Shown piece by piece: positions 12,601 to 23,622 of a stretch of 64,000 nt of DNA. A program made the translations under genes and the position numbers. Positions within the stretch are counted from its first letter, which is position 1, and the number at the start of each line of letters is the position of its first letter. Source of the DNA: Protoeuglena noctilucae (taxonomy: Eukaryota); assembly GCA_958009085.1 (NCBI GenBank), contig OY253671.1, forward strand, positions 806,001-870,000, read 5' to 3'. The notes under the pieces were generated by a model that saw only the letters and a list, made by a program, of their open reading frames with translations, did not search any database and was not told the DNA's origin.

Positions 12601-14811
12601 GCTGCGGGCGTCACTGGAAGACATCGAGGAGGCGGCGGTGGAGAGCGAGAAGCTGTGCCGCACGCTGCGGGGGCGGTTCAAATTCGTGAGGAGCTCTGCC
12701 GGGGGTGCGCCTGAGGAGAGGCCCAGGGAGGCAAGGACGGGGGTTGCCGAGCGCGACGGGAAGGCAGGGGGCGGGGCTGAGTCCAGCGGTGCGGCTGGCG
12801 TGGGGTCTGAGGGGGGCGCGAGGGTGCAAGAAGAGGCGACGGGTGGGGTGGGCGGCGACAGGGGGGGGGACGGGGCGGGCGCTGGGAGTTTAAACGGTGT
12901 GGGTGGGAGTGGCGAGGCGACGGTGTCTGGTGGGGCCAAGCGGGGTCGCGAGGAGGGAGTGGAGGGCGGGGAAGGGGTGGGAGTGGGTGAGGGAGGCGGT
13001 CGCAAGCGCGTCAGGTTTGCCACAGAGACAAAGGGCGGGGAGGGGGCGGGGAGCGCTGAGGGTGGGACGGAGCCGGGTGCCGCGGGCGGTGGGGTCGAGG
13101 GCAGGGGCGGCGGGGTCGGTGGGGCAGGGGGGTTGGCGGGGACATCGATGCAGCCCTTGGGCGGAGGCGGCGAGAGCACGTGCGCCGTTTGCCTGGACTC
13201 TCTGGAAGTGGAGGGTGCGGCCATCCACGTGTATCCCTGCGGCCACCGCTTCCACGCCGCGTGTGGGGAGCGGCTGTGGGATGACCCCGTGCAGGTGAGG
13301 GCGGAGAGAGTGGTTGGTAAGAGTGGAGAGGGTGGGACGAAGGTGGTTAATGAGACATGCTATGTAGTGTGCGTCGATGTATGGGGATGGATGTCTGAAG
13401 TCGGAATGATGGAACCGAGCCCTTGGCATGACCTGGCATGACCCAACTTGGTCCCCGCCCCCGCAGCGCGGCAAGTGCCCCCACTGCCGGGTCAAATGCA
13501 AGCCCTCGGACATCTTCAGGTGACACCCAAGGCGTCGCAGAGTGCCCATTGTTGCCCTAGTGTAGTGTACCGTGATAGCGATGCTGCCGTGACTGTGTTG
13601 CCAAAGCATACCCAGCATGCCCAGCCGTCACCCCTGCCCCGCCCCCGCAGAGCCGTGCACAGCACGCGCGCCTCCGGCACGTCCTCCAACCACGGAGACC
13701 CCTGCTCGGACTTCCCAGACATGGCAGACACGCTGCCGGGCATCACGGGTGACTTTGGCACCAAGGTCTCCGCCCTGGTCCGGCGGCTCAAGTGGCTCGA
13801 AAGGAACTTCCCGGAACAGAAGAGCCTCGTCTTCTCGTCCTTCGCGGTGAGGGTTGGCTTCGAGGCAGGGGGATATGAGATGGGTTTACGAGATGACTTG
13901 CAGTTACAGCGTCCGTGCCATTGAGGGGATGCGCCATGGCGTGGTGTTGTTGAGGGCAAGCAGGGACGAAGGGGTTGCAGCTGCTTTCAGACAGCTTGCG
14001 GACCTGCTGTTGCCCCGTCAAGCGGCGCGTGGACAGTCCAGGGGGCCCACAATGCACCCCAATGCGCCACCCCCAACACCACCACCGCCACCCCATGCCC
14101 ATGCCTGCTGGCGTCCTCGCAGCCCGCTTTGGAGTTCGTATCGAAGGCCCTGCACACCAACGACATCGCGCACTCCAAGCTGCTGCGGTCGGGGGGCCGC
14201 AAGGGCAACGCGGGGGAGCTCCGCAAGTTCTACGAGCAGCCGGATGTCCGCGTGATGCTCCTGGCCCTCAAGGCCGGGGCGGCGGGGCTGACGCTGGTGC
14301 AGGCGAGCAACGTGTTCCTTCTCGAGCCGACCATCGACCCCGCGGTGGAGCAGCAGGCGGTGGCGCGGGTGCACCGGATCGGGCAGACGCGGCCGGTGGT
14401 GTGCACGCGGCTGCTGGTGCGGCAGACGGTGGAGGAGGCCGTGCTGAAGGCGAGAGGGGTGGGGTGGGGTGTGTGCGTGCGATGTGAGGGAGGGGACGCA
14501 CGCGCGGCTGTCAGCTTGTGGGTGGGGGAGCAGTGGTATTGTGCTGTTGTGCAGTCTTGCATTGTGCTGCTGCTGTCGTGCAGTCTCGCTCTCCCGCAGC
14601 TGCACTGCCGCACTGTGCTGCTGCCACCCCACCGTATAGTGCACTCGATCTCTCGCAGATCAACGAGAGCCGGCAGAGTCTCTTCGCGACGCACGGGGAC
14701 GCGGGCCACGGGGAAGCAGAGCCTGACGATGAGGCCACGACCCTGGCGGAGCTGGCGCCGGACCAGGACACCCTGGACGAGGCAGACGTGGACGCGCTGC
14801 TGGGGATGTGA
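6627..14811 (+). CDS. SHPRH: SHPRH-type SNF2 helicase / RING E3 ubiquitin ligase (~15 introns)
   Basis: Q motif LYRYQRRALAWML; motif I GGCLCDE|MGLGKT; Ia TLVVAPANLLQQWKSEI; ADVVLTSY; YPVPITPLLAVPWWRLVLDEAQ; RWCVTGTPI; RING at ~13181-13490; helicase-C GTKVSALV, KSLVFSSF, GAAGLTLVQASNVFLLEP, QAVARVHRIGQ; TGA 14811. Start is tentative. Confidence 0.85.
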
Positions 14812-14962
14812 GGCAGATCGGGCTGTGAAGCAGACGGGGATGTGGGGTGGAGTGGACGGCACTCTGCTGGGGATGGGGATGTGAGGCAGATCGGGCTGTG
14901 AAGCAGACGGGGATGTGGGGTGGAGTGGACGGCACTCTGCTGGGGATGGGGATGTGAGGCAG
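14796..14962 (+). repeat. Tandem repeat, 73-bp unit, ~2.3 copies, overlapping the SHPRH stop codon and 3' UTR
   Basis: GATGTGAGGCAG recurs at 14805, 14878 and 14951 (period 73). The unit GATGTGAGGCAGATCGGGCTGTGAAGCAGACGGGGATGTGGGGTGGAGTGGACGGCACTCTGCTGGGGATGGG is identical in both full copies. Confidence 0.95.
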
Positions 14963-15201
14963 GCGACATACGAAGCGTCAGGTAGTTGGGTGGGGCACCG
15001 GGGGATGGTGCCGGGGCAGGTAGCATAGAGCAGCGGATGCACAGGTCGCTCTTGTTGTCACGTCACCCTTGTCGCAGCATGTGCGGTTTCCGATAGCATA
15101 ATCAAAAGCGGCTATATGTATGTGTCGCAGCGCCTGTTCAAATCCATGCAACGGCTCACTGTCAACCATGCCACATCAATCGGTGTGCGTGTGACGTATC
15201 A

Positions 15202-16885
15202 TCATGCCCCCATTGGACTCTGCTTGGGCCCCTCCACGCCGTCCGCCGGCGCTCCCTTGCCCGCCCCGTAACCAGCACTTTCTGGCGATGCCCCGTCATC
15301 TCCGTCCCCTAGGCGCAGGAAGGGCCGGTCGTCCCCACGTCCGGCGCCCTGCTCCTCCTGCACATACGTGGCCACGAACCGCCACCCCCGGTAGATGTAG
15401 CTGGGCATCTGGGTCAGCTGCGGGCAACAGCGGAGCAGACGGCGTTCGTCCCACAAGCGCGGCATGTCACACGCGCCATGACTGCATGCGTCACTCTGTG
15501 CTGGGGCGTGTAGAAACAAGGCAGGCACTCTGGTCCCCATCACGCGTGTCCGCACCTTCTCCATGATGAAGTAATCGGTGACGAAGTCCTTGTCTGTGCT
15601 GGAAGCGACCTCGTTGCCCTCCCGGTCGTACGCTGCGGCAGGCGGGCACATGCAAGGCTTGAACTGAAGACAACGCATGGCAGCCGTACAAAGCATCAGA
15701 AGTGTACACGTCACTTGCAAAAATCGAAGCGAAGGCGCCGACTTTAGGTGCCTGACCCTCCCAACATCACAGTGAACCACCGCCTATCTCCCAAACTCTG
15801 CCCGCGTGTCTTGCATTGCCCCCAGCACCCACCTTGCATGGACTGGTAGCTCGACACCCGGACCACGAGCTGCAACACCTTGGCACGCTGGCTGGGCGTC
15901 ACGTCGTCCTGCCCGGGGAAGTCAGCTTTGGCCCCCTTCAACACCTCCACGTGCGTGCCCCGGTCGCCCCGCGGCTTGGCGTCCCACACCACCCGGCGGA
16001 TGCCCAGCGCGCGGCGGTTCTGCGGGGAAAGTCGAGGCCAGGTGCAGTGGCAACGCCGTCACCCTGCCCAATCCCGGGCGCCTGCAGGGGACGCCCCGCA
16101 CCCTACCCCACCCCGAGTGAACACCGGCACCCCGCCCGCATTCGCTCGCCTTGACACGACGTCTGCGGAACGACCAACCACAGACACCGCATGTCTGCCC
16201 CCGCGCACCTTGATGTCCGCGAACAGCCGCCGCGCCTCTGGCTCCACGCAGAGGAGATGGAGCCGGTCGTGGTCCTCCTCGGCCACCGCCCTCTGCACGG
16301 CGACGTACAGGTCCCAGGCCTCCCGCTCCACGTTTTCCATGGAAATGCCGCCACCGAGGTCCGATAGGTTGATCCCGAAGAGGCCCAGGCGGTCGCTGAA
16401 GGCCCCCAGTCCCCCGCGCTCTTTGGACGGGTCGTACGAAGGCGGGAAGAGGACGAGGCCGGAGAAGAGAGCGCGCGGAGTCACGTTGGCCGTGGCTTTG
16501 AAAGGGTCCGGGCGACGCAGGCCGGGGCTGCGGAGGGTCTGCAGCGCTTTCCGGGCGCGGAGCCACGCCGCCCTGCGCGCATCCAGAGCGTGAGTTCGCG
16601 AGGAGCGGCTGGGTGCGTCTGAAAGCCGGCTCGATGGCAGAGGACTCACTTCTGCTTCTGACCCTCAGAGAATCCCGAGGTGTCCGGCGTTTGCGGCCGG
16701 AAGAGGCTTCGGAACGCGGGCGTGGAGGGGCCCTCCCCCACAGATGAGGGGTGCGCCTCGCTCGACTCCTTCGCAACCCCGCCGGCTGGAGAGCTCTCCT
16801 TCTTCTTCGCCGGCACAGCTGGCTTGGCGAAGCCAGGAATCAAGCTCCTCGCCGAATCGCGGATGCGGTCCAGCAGGCTGGCCAT
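15202..16885 (-). CDS. Tim44-like domain protein (possibly mitoribosomal mL45-related)
   Basis: Spliced: ENVEREAWDLYVAVQRAVAEEDHDRLHLLC...VVWDA...LQLVVRVSSYQSMQ AYDREGNEVASSTDKDFVTDYFIMEK...WRFVA, matching the Tim44/mL45 C-terminal fold pattern. The start may lie further upstream (~16976). Confidence 0.7.
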
Positions 16886-18048
16886 CCCGCGCCCCTGCGG
16901 GCGACCCAGGCAAATCGGCGCGCTGTTACGCGCGTCACTAGCAGATGTTATCGTGAAGGACACGCTGGTATGCATGTAATCTCGCCTGAGACACCCCCGA
17001 CGTCGAGCACGCCATCGCCACGAGAGGGGCGAGAGATGCGCCGTGCCGCACGGGCGCTTCACGCACCGCCGCCGCGGCAGCTCTGTGCGCCATCGGCAGC
17101 TACTCGTATGCTGACGCGGCGGGATTGCTAGGAAAACCCGGGATCGGCCCAGCGGGCGTGGCCGCAGCAAGGCGTGTGAATTCTCTGCGAACCCCTCCAA
17201 GCGATGAGGGCGCAACGCACTTGAACGGCACGATGACGGCAGTATGCTCGCAGGGCGCACGCACTGGAGGCTATCCAGAATCCCCAGTGCCAGCGACCGA
17301 AGGTGACGGTGCACCTCGCGGCGTTGTGACTTCTAGGCTCAGTTCTCACACGGTGTGGCGGAACGCTCGTATGCGCTGTTCTTCTTCGCTCAGACACGTC
17401 CGCTTTCATGTTAAATCACGCTGCAGCCCGCGCCGGGGCTGCCGTCGAGGGGAGCGTCTGGGGAAGGGCAATGCACGCAGGAAAATCTGGATGCCCTATG
17501 GATGCCTGGGCGCCCGGGGGCGGCCTCTGCTCCCGATGCAGAGGCGTGCATCGCTGAAAAGGGCCAGGGTGGCTATGCCTAAAGGCGCCCGTGCCTGGGC
17601 GGGGCGGGACTCCTATCTAGAGATGAAAATGAACGGAAGGTCGGGTGGCAGCGCTCTCATCGACCACCGGCATGCGCGGGCGGCCCTCCAGCGCGCCACA
17701 CGGAGGCCGGGTGGGGGGTGGGGGGGGGGGGCGGGCGGGTGAGGGACACACATCCGGAAAGGCGGGGTCCTCTGCCCCGCGAGTGTGCGCGCCAAATGCG
17801 GGGGAGCGCCGCACGAAAGGGGCCCGTCGCCGGGCCCTGTCGACTCCGGCCTTTCTAAGCCGGACGAACCGGCTCGGCGCGGCTGTTGGCGAGCCATGCG
17901 GGATGCGGGCTGCCGCAAGCGCGCAGGGGCGCAGCAGGCCGCGCGGCCCGCGAAGGGCGACGGCGTGCGCGGCGAGAGCTCAGGCAAGCGACGCGGGCTC
18001 CGTGGAGCGCCGCTCGGCTATCGGGGCAGCTGCGCCATCCCTCAGCTC

Positions 18049-20636
18049 TCAGCTCGTCTGGGCGGAATTCTGGCGCTTGACGCACGTGTTGCCACCCCGG
18101 GACCTCTTGGCCATGTGCGGGGGTAAGGGCCACACGCGCGGCTGCCAGTGGAGCCGCGATCGGTCGATCTCGATCACCCTCTGCCCCTGCGAGCCGCGGA
18201 GGACGATCCAAGGTCACTCGGCCAGCACCAACACCCCGCCATGCTCTGCTTAGCAAAGCTGCTCCGCTCAATAAAGCTCTCCCCCTCCTTGACACGGCGC
18301 CGAGAGCGCCGGCCACGTCGAGCAGCGCCTGCTGCCGAGCCACCCGCACCACTCCACCCCACTCCCCGCTCCACCCCACCCCCGCGTCCTTGCCTGGATG
18401 CCTCGGAGGTGCTCCTCGACGATGCGCTGGTTGCAGTTGAGGATGTGGTGCCCGCGGTAGTACTTGAGCATGTTCATCGACTGGAGCGTCTGGATGACGT
18501 CCTCCTGCCGGATGCTCGTCAGACGCGACATCTCACGGATGGTCAGCGCCGACCGGTGCTGCCGGAGCGTCTCGAGCAGCACGCGCGTCCAGTACGACCG
18601 GTACGACACGGCGCCGAGGTCCGACAGCGGCCGCTCGGGCGTCCCCACCTTGCCCTCGATCTGCGCAACGTGAGAGCCGGGGAGCGCCATGAGATGCAGC
18701 GACATGGCCTGAGCGAGTGAGTGACCATCTCCAAGGGCAGCTGCGTGCCGTGACGCACCTGGGAGAGGGCGTACGAGAAGGCTATCAGGAACCGCCCGTA
18801 GCCCTTACGCTGGTAGGGCGGCAGCGTGAGGATGCACGCCAGGTTGTAGTCCTCCGTGCTGTGCTTCTCCTTGCTGAAGTACCCCACGAGGTGCGAGCCG
18901 TGCTCGTCCTCCTCGCACAGCACGTAGAAGAGGAAGTGCTCGACGTCGAAGTAAAGCGTCTTGTGGTCCAGGAAGAGCTGCGGGGGGCGGCCGAGGGCGC
19001 AGTGTGTGTTGACACCCGCACCAGAGGCCCAGCGGCGACCGTGTACGCTGCCGGGCCGCTCGCTTGCCTTGGAGAGCAGGCAGAGGTTCTGGCAGTAGAG
19101 CTTGTTCTCGGCCCCGTCCACCTCGTACATGGCGATGCGCGGGTCCGTCACGGCACCCCCGACCATGAAGCCCTCCGGCGACGAGTATATCCGCTGGCCC
19201 GGGGGCGAGCGGTGGGGGCAGCGCTCCGCGTGCCTCGCGATCGACTTGTCCTTGCGGAAGTACTTTAGGCAGAACTCGCAGAGGTAGAGCTTGTTGTAGC
19301 TGTTGTAGGGCTCGGGGAACGGGGCGTAGTACCACGTGTCCATCTCGAACCGCCCGAGCTCGATGACCTGCGCGGAGGGCGGGGGCGCAGCGCGCTCGCG
19401 GGGTGCGGCACCACCCCCATGGACCACTGCAGCACGCCCCCATCTCCGCGGCGGGGGCGGGATCTGGCCCCGCCGCGCCGCCAAAACGGCCACCGATCGA
19501 ACCGCACGCGGCTCGGCGGGCCGCGGGGGCGCCGCGCGGCCGGGCCCGGCTGACCGCGGGCCGGCGCGCCTCGCCCGGCCGGCGATCGCGCCCCTTCGCG
19601 GCGTTCGGGCACGATCGAGGGCCCGAGACGCCACAGCCGCGGCGGCGCGGCCGGGGAGCCCCTCCGCAGCGGCCGATGGCCGTCCTTGGCGCCCCCGCGG
19701 GCCCCCCCGGCGCCCGGCTCCCCCCCGCAGCGGCCGGCGCGGCTCACGTTGACGTTCTTGACCTTGGTCTTCTCGTGGTGCTCGCGCTCCAGCGTCTGGT
19801 CGAGCGGGGAGAGATCCTCCATCTGGTGGACATGGTGCACCTCCTCGATCCGCCGCTTGAGTCGCCGGGTCAGCTTCTGCTGGCTCGCGGACGGCGTGCG
19901 CGCGTCGGCGGGGCAGATGCTCTCGGGGCTGAGGAGCTCTGACCGCGCCACCGACGAGACTTTGGACGCCGGGACCCACTCGTCCAGCCGCCGGTCGAGG
20001 TCCAGGTAGTGCACGTACACCTCCGTCACGCCGTCGCACGTGCGGCGCTCGATGACCTCGGCCGGCCCTGCGCGCGGGAAAAGGCGCGGGGGGTGGGCCC
20101 GCGGCACGCAGACGGGGCCGGCCGAGCGCCGCGGCGAACACCACTTTCAAAATCCCCGCGCGCCCGCCCGGCTCCGGGCCCGGCGGGCGACGGGGGCCCC
20201 CGGCGTCATCCCCCCCGGGCCCAACGACCAGGCGCGGGCCGCCCGGTCCCCCCCCGCGGCCGCCGGGGCTCACGTGCATGGCTATCGAAGCTCGACGCGC
20301 AGACGACGACGCTCCCCACGCACAGCAGGTCGACCTGCGTCCGCGGGGGTCGGGCGTGACGTCTTGGCGCGAGCCCCGCCGCGGGACCGCCCCACGCGCG
20401 CTACCGGCGCGATAAGGAACCCTCCTCGCGCCCGATCACGGGCCGGCGGGCCGTCTCCGTGACGGGGCGCGCGGTGCGGGCCCCGCGACCAGGCCGTGGA
20501 CCCCAGCGCCCCGCACCTGCTGTGTCGAGAGGTCGGACTCGTTCGCCGACGGAGCTGTAGTCGAGGGCTCCTTGTTATGGTCGCACGCGCCGCCCCGCGA
20601 GGCCTCCGCCGGGAGGACGGGGGCCTTTTTACCCAT
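18049..20636 (-). CDS. HAM1: MYST-family histone acetyltransferase (HAM1/Esa1/MOF-like)
   Basis: Tudor-knot [38 protein letters not shown]2HC finger [61 protein letters not shown]; last exon [12 protein letters not shown]...*. Confidence 0.95.
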
Positions 20637-20862
20637 GCTTTCGCGCCAGTCGCATCGGAAGCAGCCCGCTGCAGCCCGCGACACCCGGGGCTTCCAGACA
20701 GAGTGCCGGGGCCGCGCCCGCCGGCCCCCGGTCGAAGCGCCGGCCACCAACCCCCTGTTCTGACACCAAGCCCACGAGCTCTCCACGCCGCCGCGCCCCG
20801 CGAAGGCCCGACACCGTTCTTTCCTTTCAGGCCTTAGGCAAATTGTTCGCGGGACGGAGAGC

Positions 20863-21688
20863 ATGCAGGCCGTCCTCGGCAGCCGCCTGGCCGCCGCGCG
20901 CCCCGCCGCCCCGCGCGGGGCCGCCCTGGCCGTCTGCGCCAAGGTGTGTTCGGCGACGCATGCGTTGGGGGCCCGCGTGGACGGGGGAGCGGCGGGGGGC
21001 CGGCGGGGGACGCTAGCTCGCGGGAGGGAGGGGCGCACTGATGCACGCCCCGCGCCTTCCCCGCAGCCGGCCAAGGCCGCCGACTTCCGGGGGCTCAGCG
21101 TCGAGGAAATCGACAAGGAGGTCGCGTCGTGCAAGAGGCAGCTCTTCGACCTGCGGATGAAGCAGGCCACGCGGCAGGTGCGCCTCATCCACCGGCCCGG
21201 CGCGGCCGCGCCGCTGTTTGCGGGCGCGGGGATCCGCGCGGACACCGTCTGCCCCAGTCCTGCCCATGGGCTTCCGCGGGGGCCGGGGGCCGCGCGAGTC
21301 GGTCGCACTCCGGGCCGCTCGCGTCGGCTGGGGGCCGTGCCGCGCTCCGCCCGGCTCCACCGCCGGCCCCGGCGGCGCCAACGGGACGACGGTGAGGGAG
21401 GCTCGGCTCGCGGAGAGAGCAACCGGTGTCTCGCGCCTCGCGCAGGAGTTCAAGCCTTCGGACTTCGGGGTGCTGACGCGCAAGGTGGCGGTGCTGCTCA
21501 CGGTGCGCCGGGAGATGGAGATTGCCAAGGGGATCACGCGGAGGGAGTCGCGCCGCATGGAGAAGCGGGCCAAGGTGCGGATGAGCATGGACGAGAGGAC
21601 AGTCGTGCGCTGCACGCCACTCGCCCTTCACCACCCATCCGCTCTGCCCTCCTCGCAGCTGGCGGACAAGAACACCGTTTTGGCATGA
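20863..21688 (+). CDS. RPL29: Plastid ribosomal protein L29 (uL29c), nucleus-encoded with transit peptide
   Basis: 4 exons: MQAVLGSRLAAARPAAPRGAALAVCAK | PAKAADFRGLSVEEIDKEVASCKRQLFDLRMKQATRQ | EFKPSDFGVLTRKVAVLLTVRREMEIAKGITRRESRRMEKRAK | LADKNTVLA*. Confidence 0.93.
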
Positions 21689-21953
21689 TGACAGTGCCGT
21701 ACCAACGTGTGTGGATGTGGCTGTGCTGCTGCCCAACCTGCCCAAACCTCAGCTGCTCTTGGGCGCGTGGGAACAAGGGCGGCACCCGGACTGTGCGATT
21801 GTTGTGTCAATTAGCACCGCCTGCCTGATTTGAATGCCGCAAGGATACTCGCGCTTTCGTCAGCAGGCGGCACCACACAACTTGGGCACGACGGGGCTAC
21901 CCCACTCGCCCACTCGCTCGCTCGCTCGCTGCGTGCGGCACGGGCTCGCTGCG

Positions 21954-23328
21954 TCACCGCGCCTGGTTGGCGGGGTTCTCCGGCGCCCTCTGCCATAACT
22001 TGAAGGCGATGTCCTTGTACTGTGGCAGCTTGAGGTTGGGCTTGTCCTCCTTCAGGCGCGGGAGCTCGCGGTCGAAAAACTCCTTGAACGTCAGCGGACC
22101 GGCCACGGCCGCCGGGGACAGGCCCAGCTCCGCCATGGCACTCACGGCCGCGTCGATGCCGCTGCGGGCGCCAAGGGAAGGGCGTTGACTTAACCCACGC
22201 CCTACGTCCTGAGGGTTTAGGGAGGACGCAAGCAACAGCGCGCGTCCTACCTCGCGACGATGACATCGTCCTCGCGGTTGAAGTTCCGGACGTCGACGAT
22301 TTCTGCATACTCGTCCGCCCCCATCTCTCGCCGCGCTGCCTGCTCGGCAGCCTGCATCATGCGCTGGCGCCTCTCCTCCTCCTCCTCCTGCGCGGCAACG
22401 ACGCGACCGCGGTCGGTCAAGCCGGGCTCACGACGGCGACACGGGAGCGACGGTGGCAGCAGCAAGAGAGCCACCCCCAGCGTCCCCACTGCACCGCACA
22501 ACACACCTTGTGCAGTTAAATGTCGTGCGCCATGACCTTGCCCGTGTCGTATTTCCACTTCTCGCGCGTCTTGGTCATCGACTTGATAATCCCCTCCTGC
22601 TCCTGCTCGTGCTGCGGGCAAGGCGCGCGATGGCCGGACCCGTCACTGGGGGCGCGCAGCCCAGGAGGAGCATGCCAGGCAGAGCCGAATGCCCGCATCT
22701 ACCCCTATCCCAAGCGCAGCATACACAGGCGCTCGCAAGCCCACTCGCCATCTCTTTCGCCTCCCGTCGCTTGGCAGCCGCCTCCTCACGTTGTTTCCCC
22801 TTCTCCGCGCGCTTCTGCTGTGCCTTGGTCATAGCACCCTCGCCCGCTTCCCTGCGGTGCAGATGCAGCAGCGATCGCGCCGGCAACACACTCCCGCCGG
22901 TCGCCGCGCGAGCGCCGGCGAAGGCATGCACGCAGAGGGCGGGGAGCACTCTCGCCTCCAAAATGCATCCTCCTTCGCCTGGTCCTCAGCCTGCTTCTTT
23001 GATATCTTCTGTTGCTCCTTCCTCACCCTGGCCTGCAAGAGCGGCACGTGGCGCGGAGGTGCCAATGGCTGGGGTGCCAAGGCCCGAGCACTGGGCTCCT
23101 GGGCACTCGAGTGCGCCCTCCGCGTCCCAGACGTGTTCATTACAGTAACTCAAGGTCAGTCGAGGAGTATGTAGGCGCGAGAGTGTGGGGCGCGCTCTCA
23201 GAGAACGGGTCCCACGCGCGAGGTGTCTACGCCTCGCCCCGCGCCGCAGGCGCCCTCGCCCCGGGACCCGCCGTGAGCCAACGCACCTCCAACGCTTTCT
23301 CGTTGATCCCCTTGTGCGTCTTGCCCAT
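21954..23328 (-). CDS. CCDC124: CCDC124/Oxs1/Lso2-family coiled-coil protein (DUF1014)
   Basis: MGKTHKGINEKALE|ARVRK...AKEDAFWR...EEAAAKRREAK...NFNRE...GIDAAVSAM...DRELPRLKEDKPNLKLPQYKDIAFKLWQRAPENPANQ. Confidence 0.88.
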
Positions 23329-23622
23329 ACGTGCCCGCTCGGGCACACACGGCGGGGGACTCCCGAAGTGAAGGCGCTTCCCTCGCTCGGAGGGACCGCG
23401 TTTGGAAGCAGATTCTCAATGATGCCTTCTAGACCTCGGAGTCGACGCGGTGCGCGCACAGGCGTGACGCGCTCCCGTGGATGTCGAGGACAGCGGCCCT
23501 AGAGTGCGAGATGAGGTGGCCGGCGAACACGATTGAAGTTGCATTCACAATGATGGCGGCGGGAGAGCGCGAAGCTCCGAGACGTGAACAGGCACGACAC
23601 CTCAATCCGACACTGCCAGTGG

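Noticed and set aside
14796..14962. Possible CRISPR-like array
   Set aside because: Units are contiguous identical copies with no unique spacers, the context is eukaryotic, and there are no cas genes.
17711..17741. Poly-G tract / G-quadruplex
   Set aside because: G-tracts are common throughout this sequence and homopolymer length is error-prone; no independent evidence of function.
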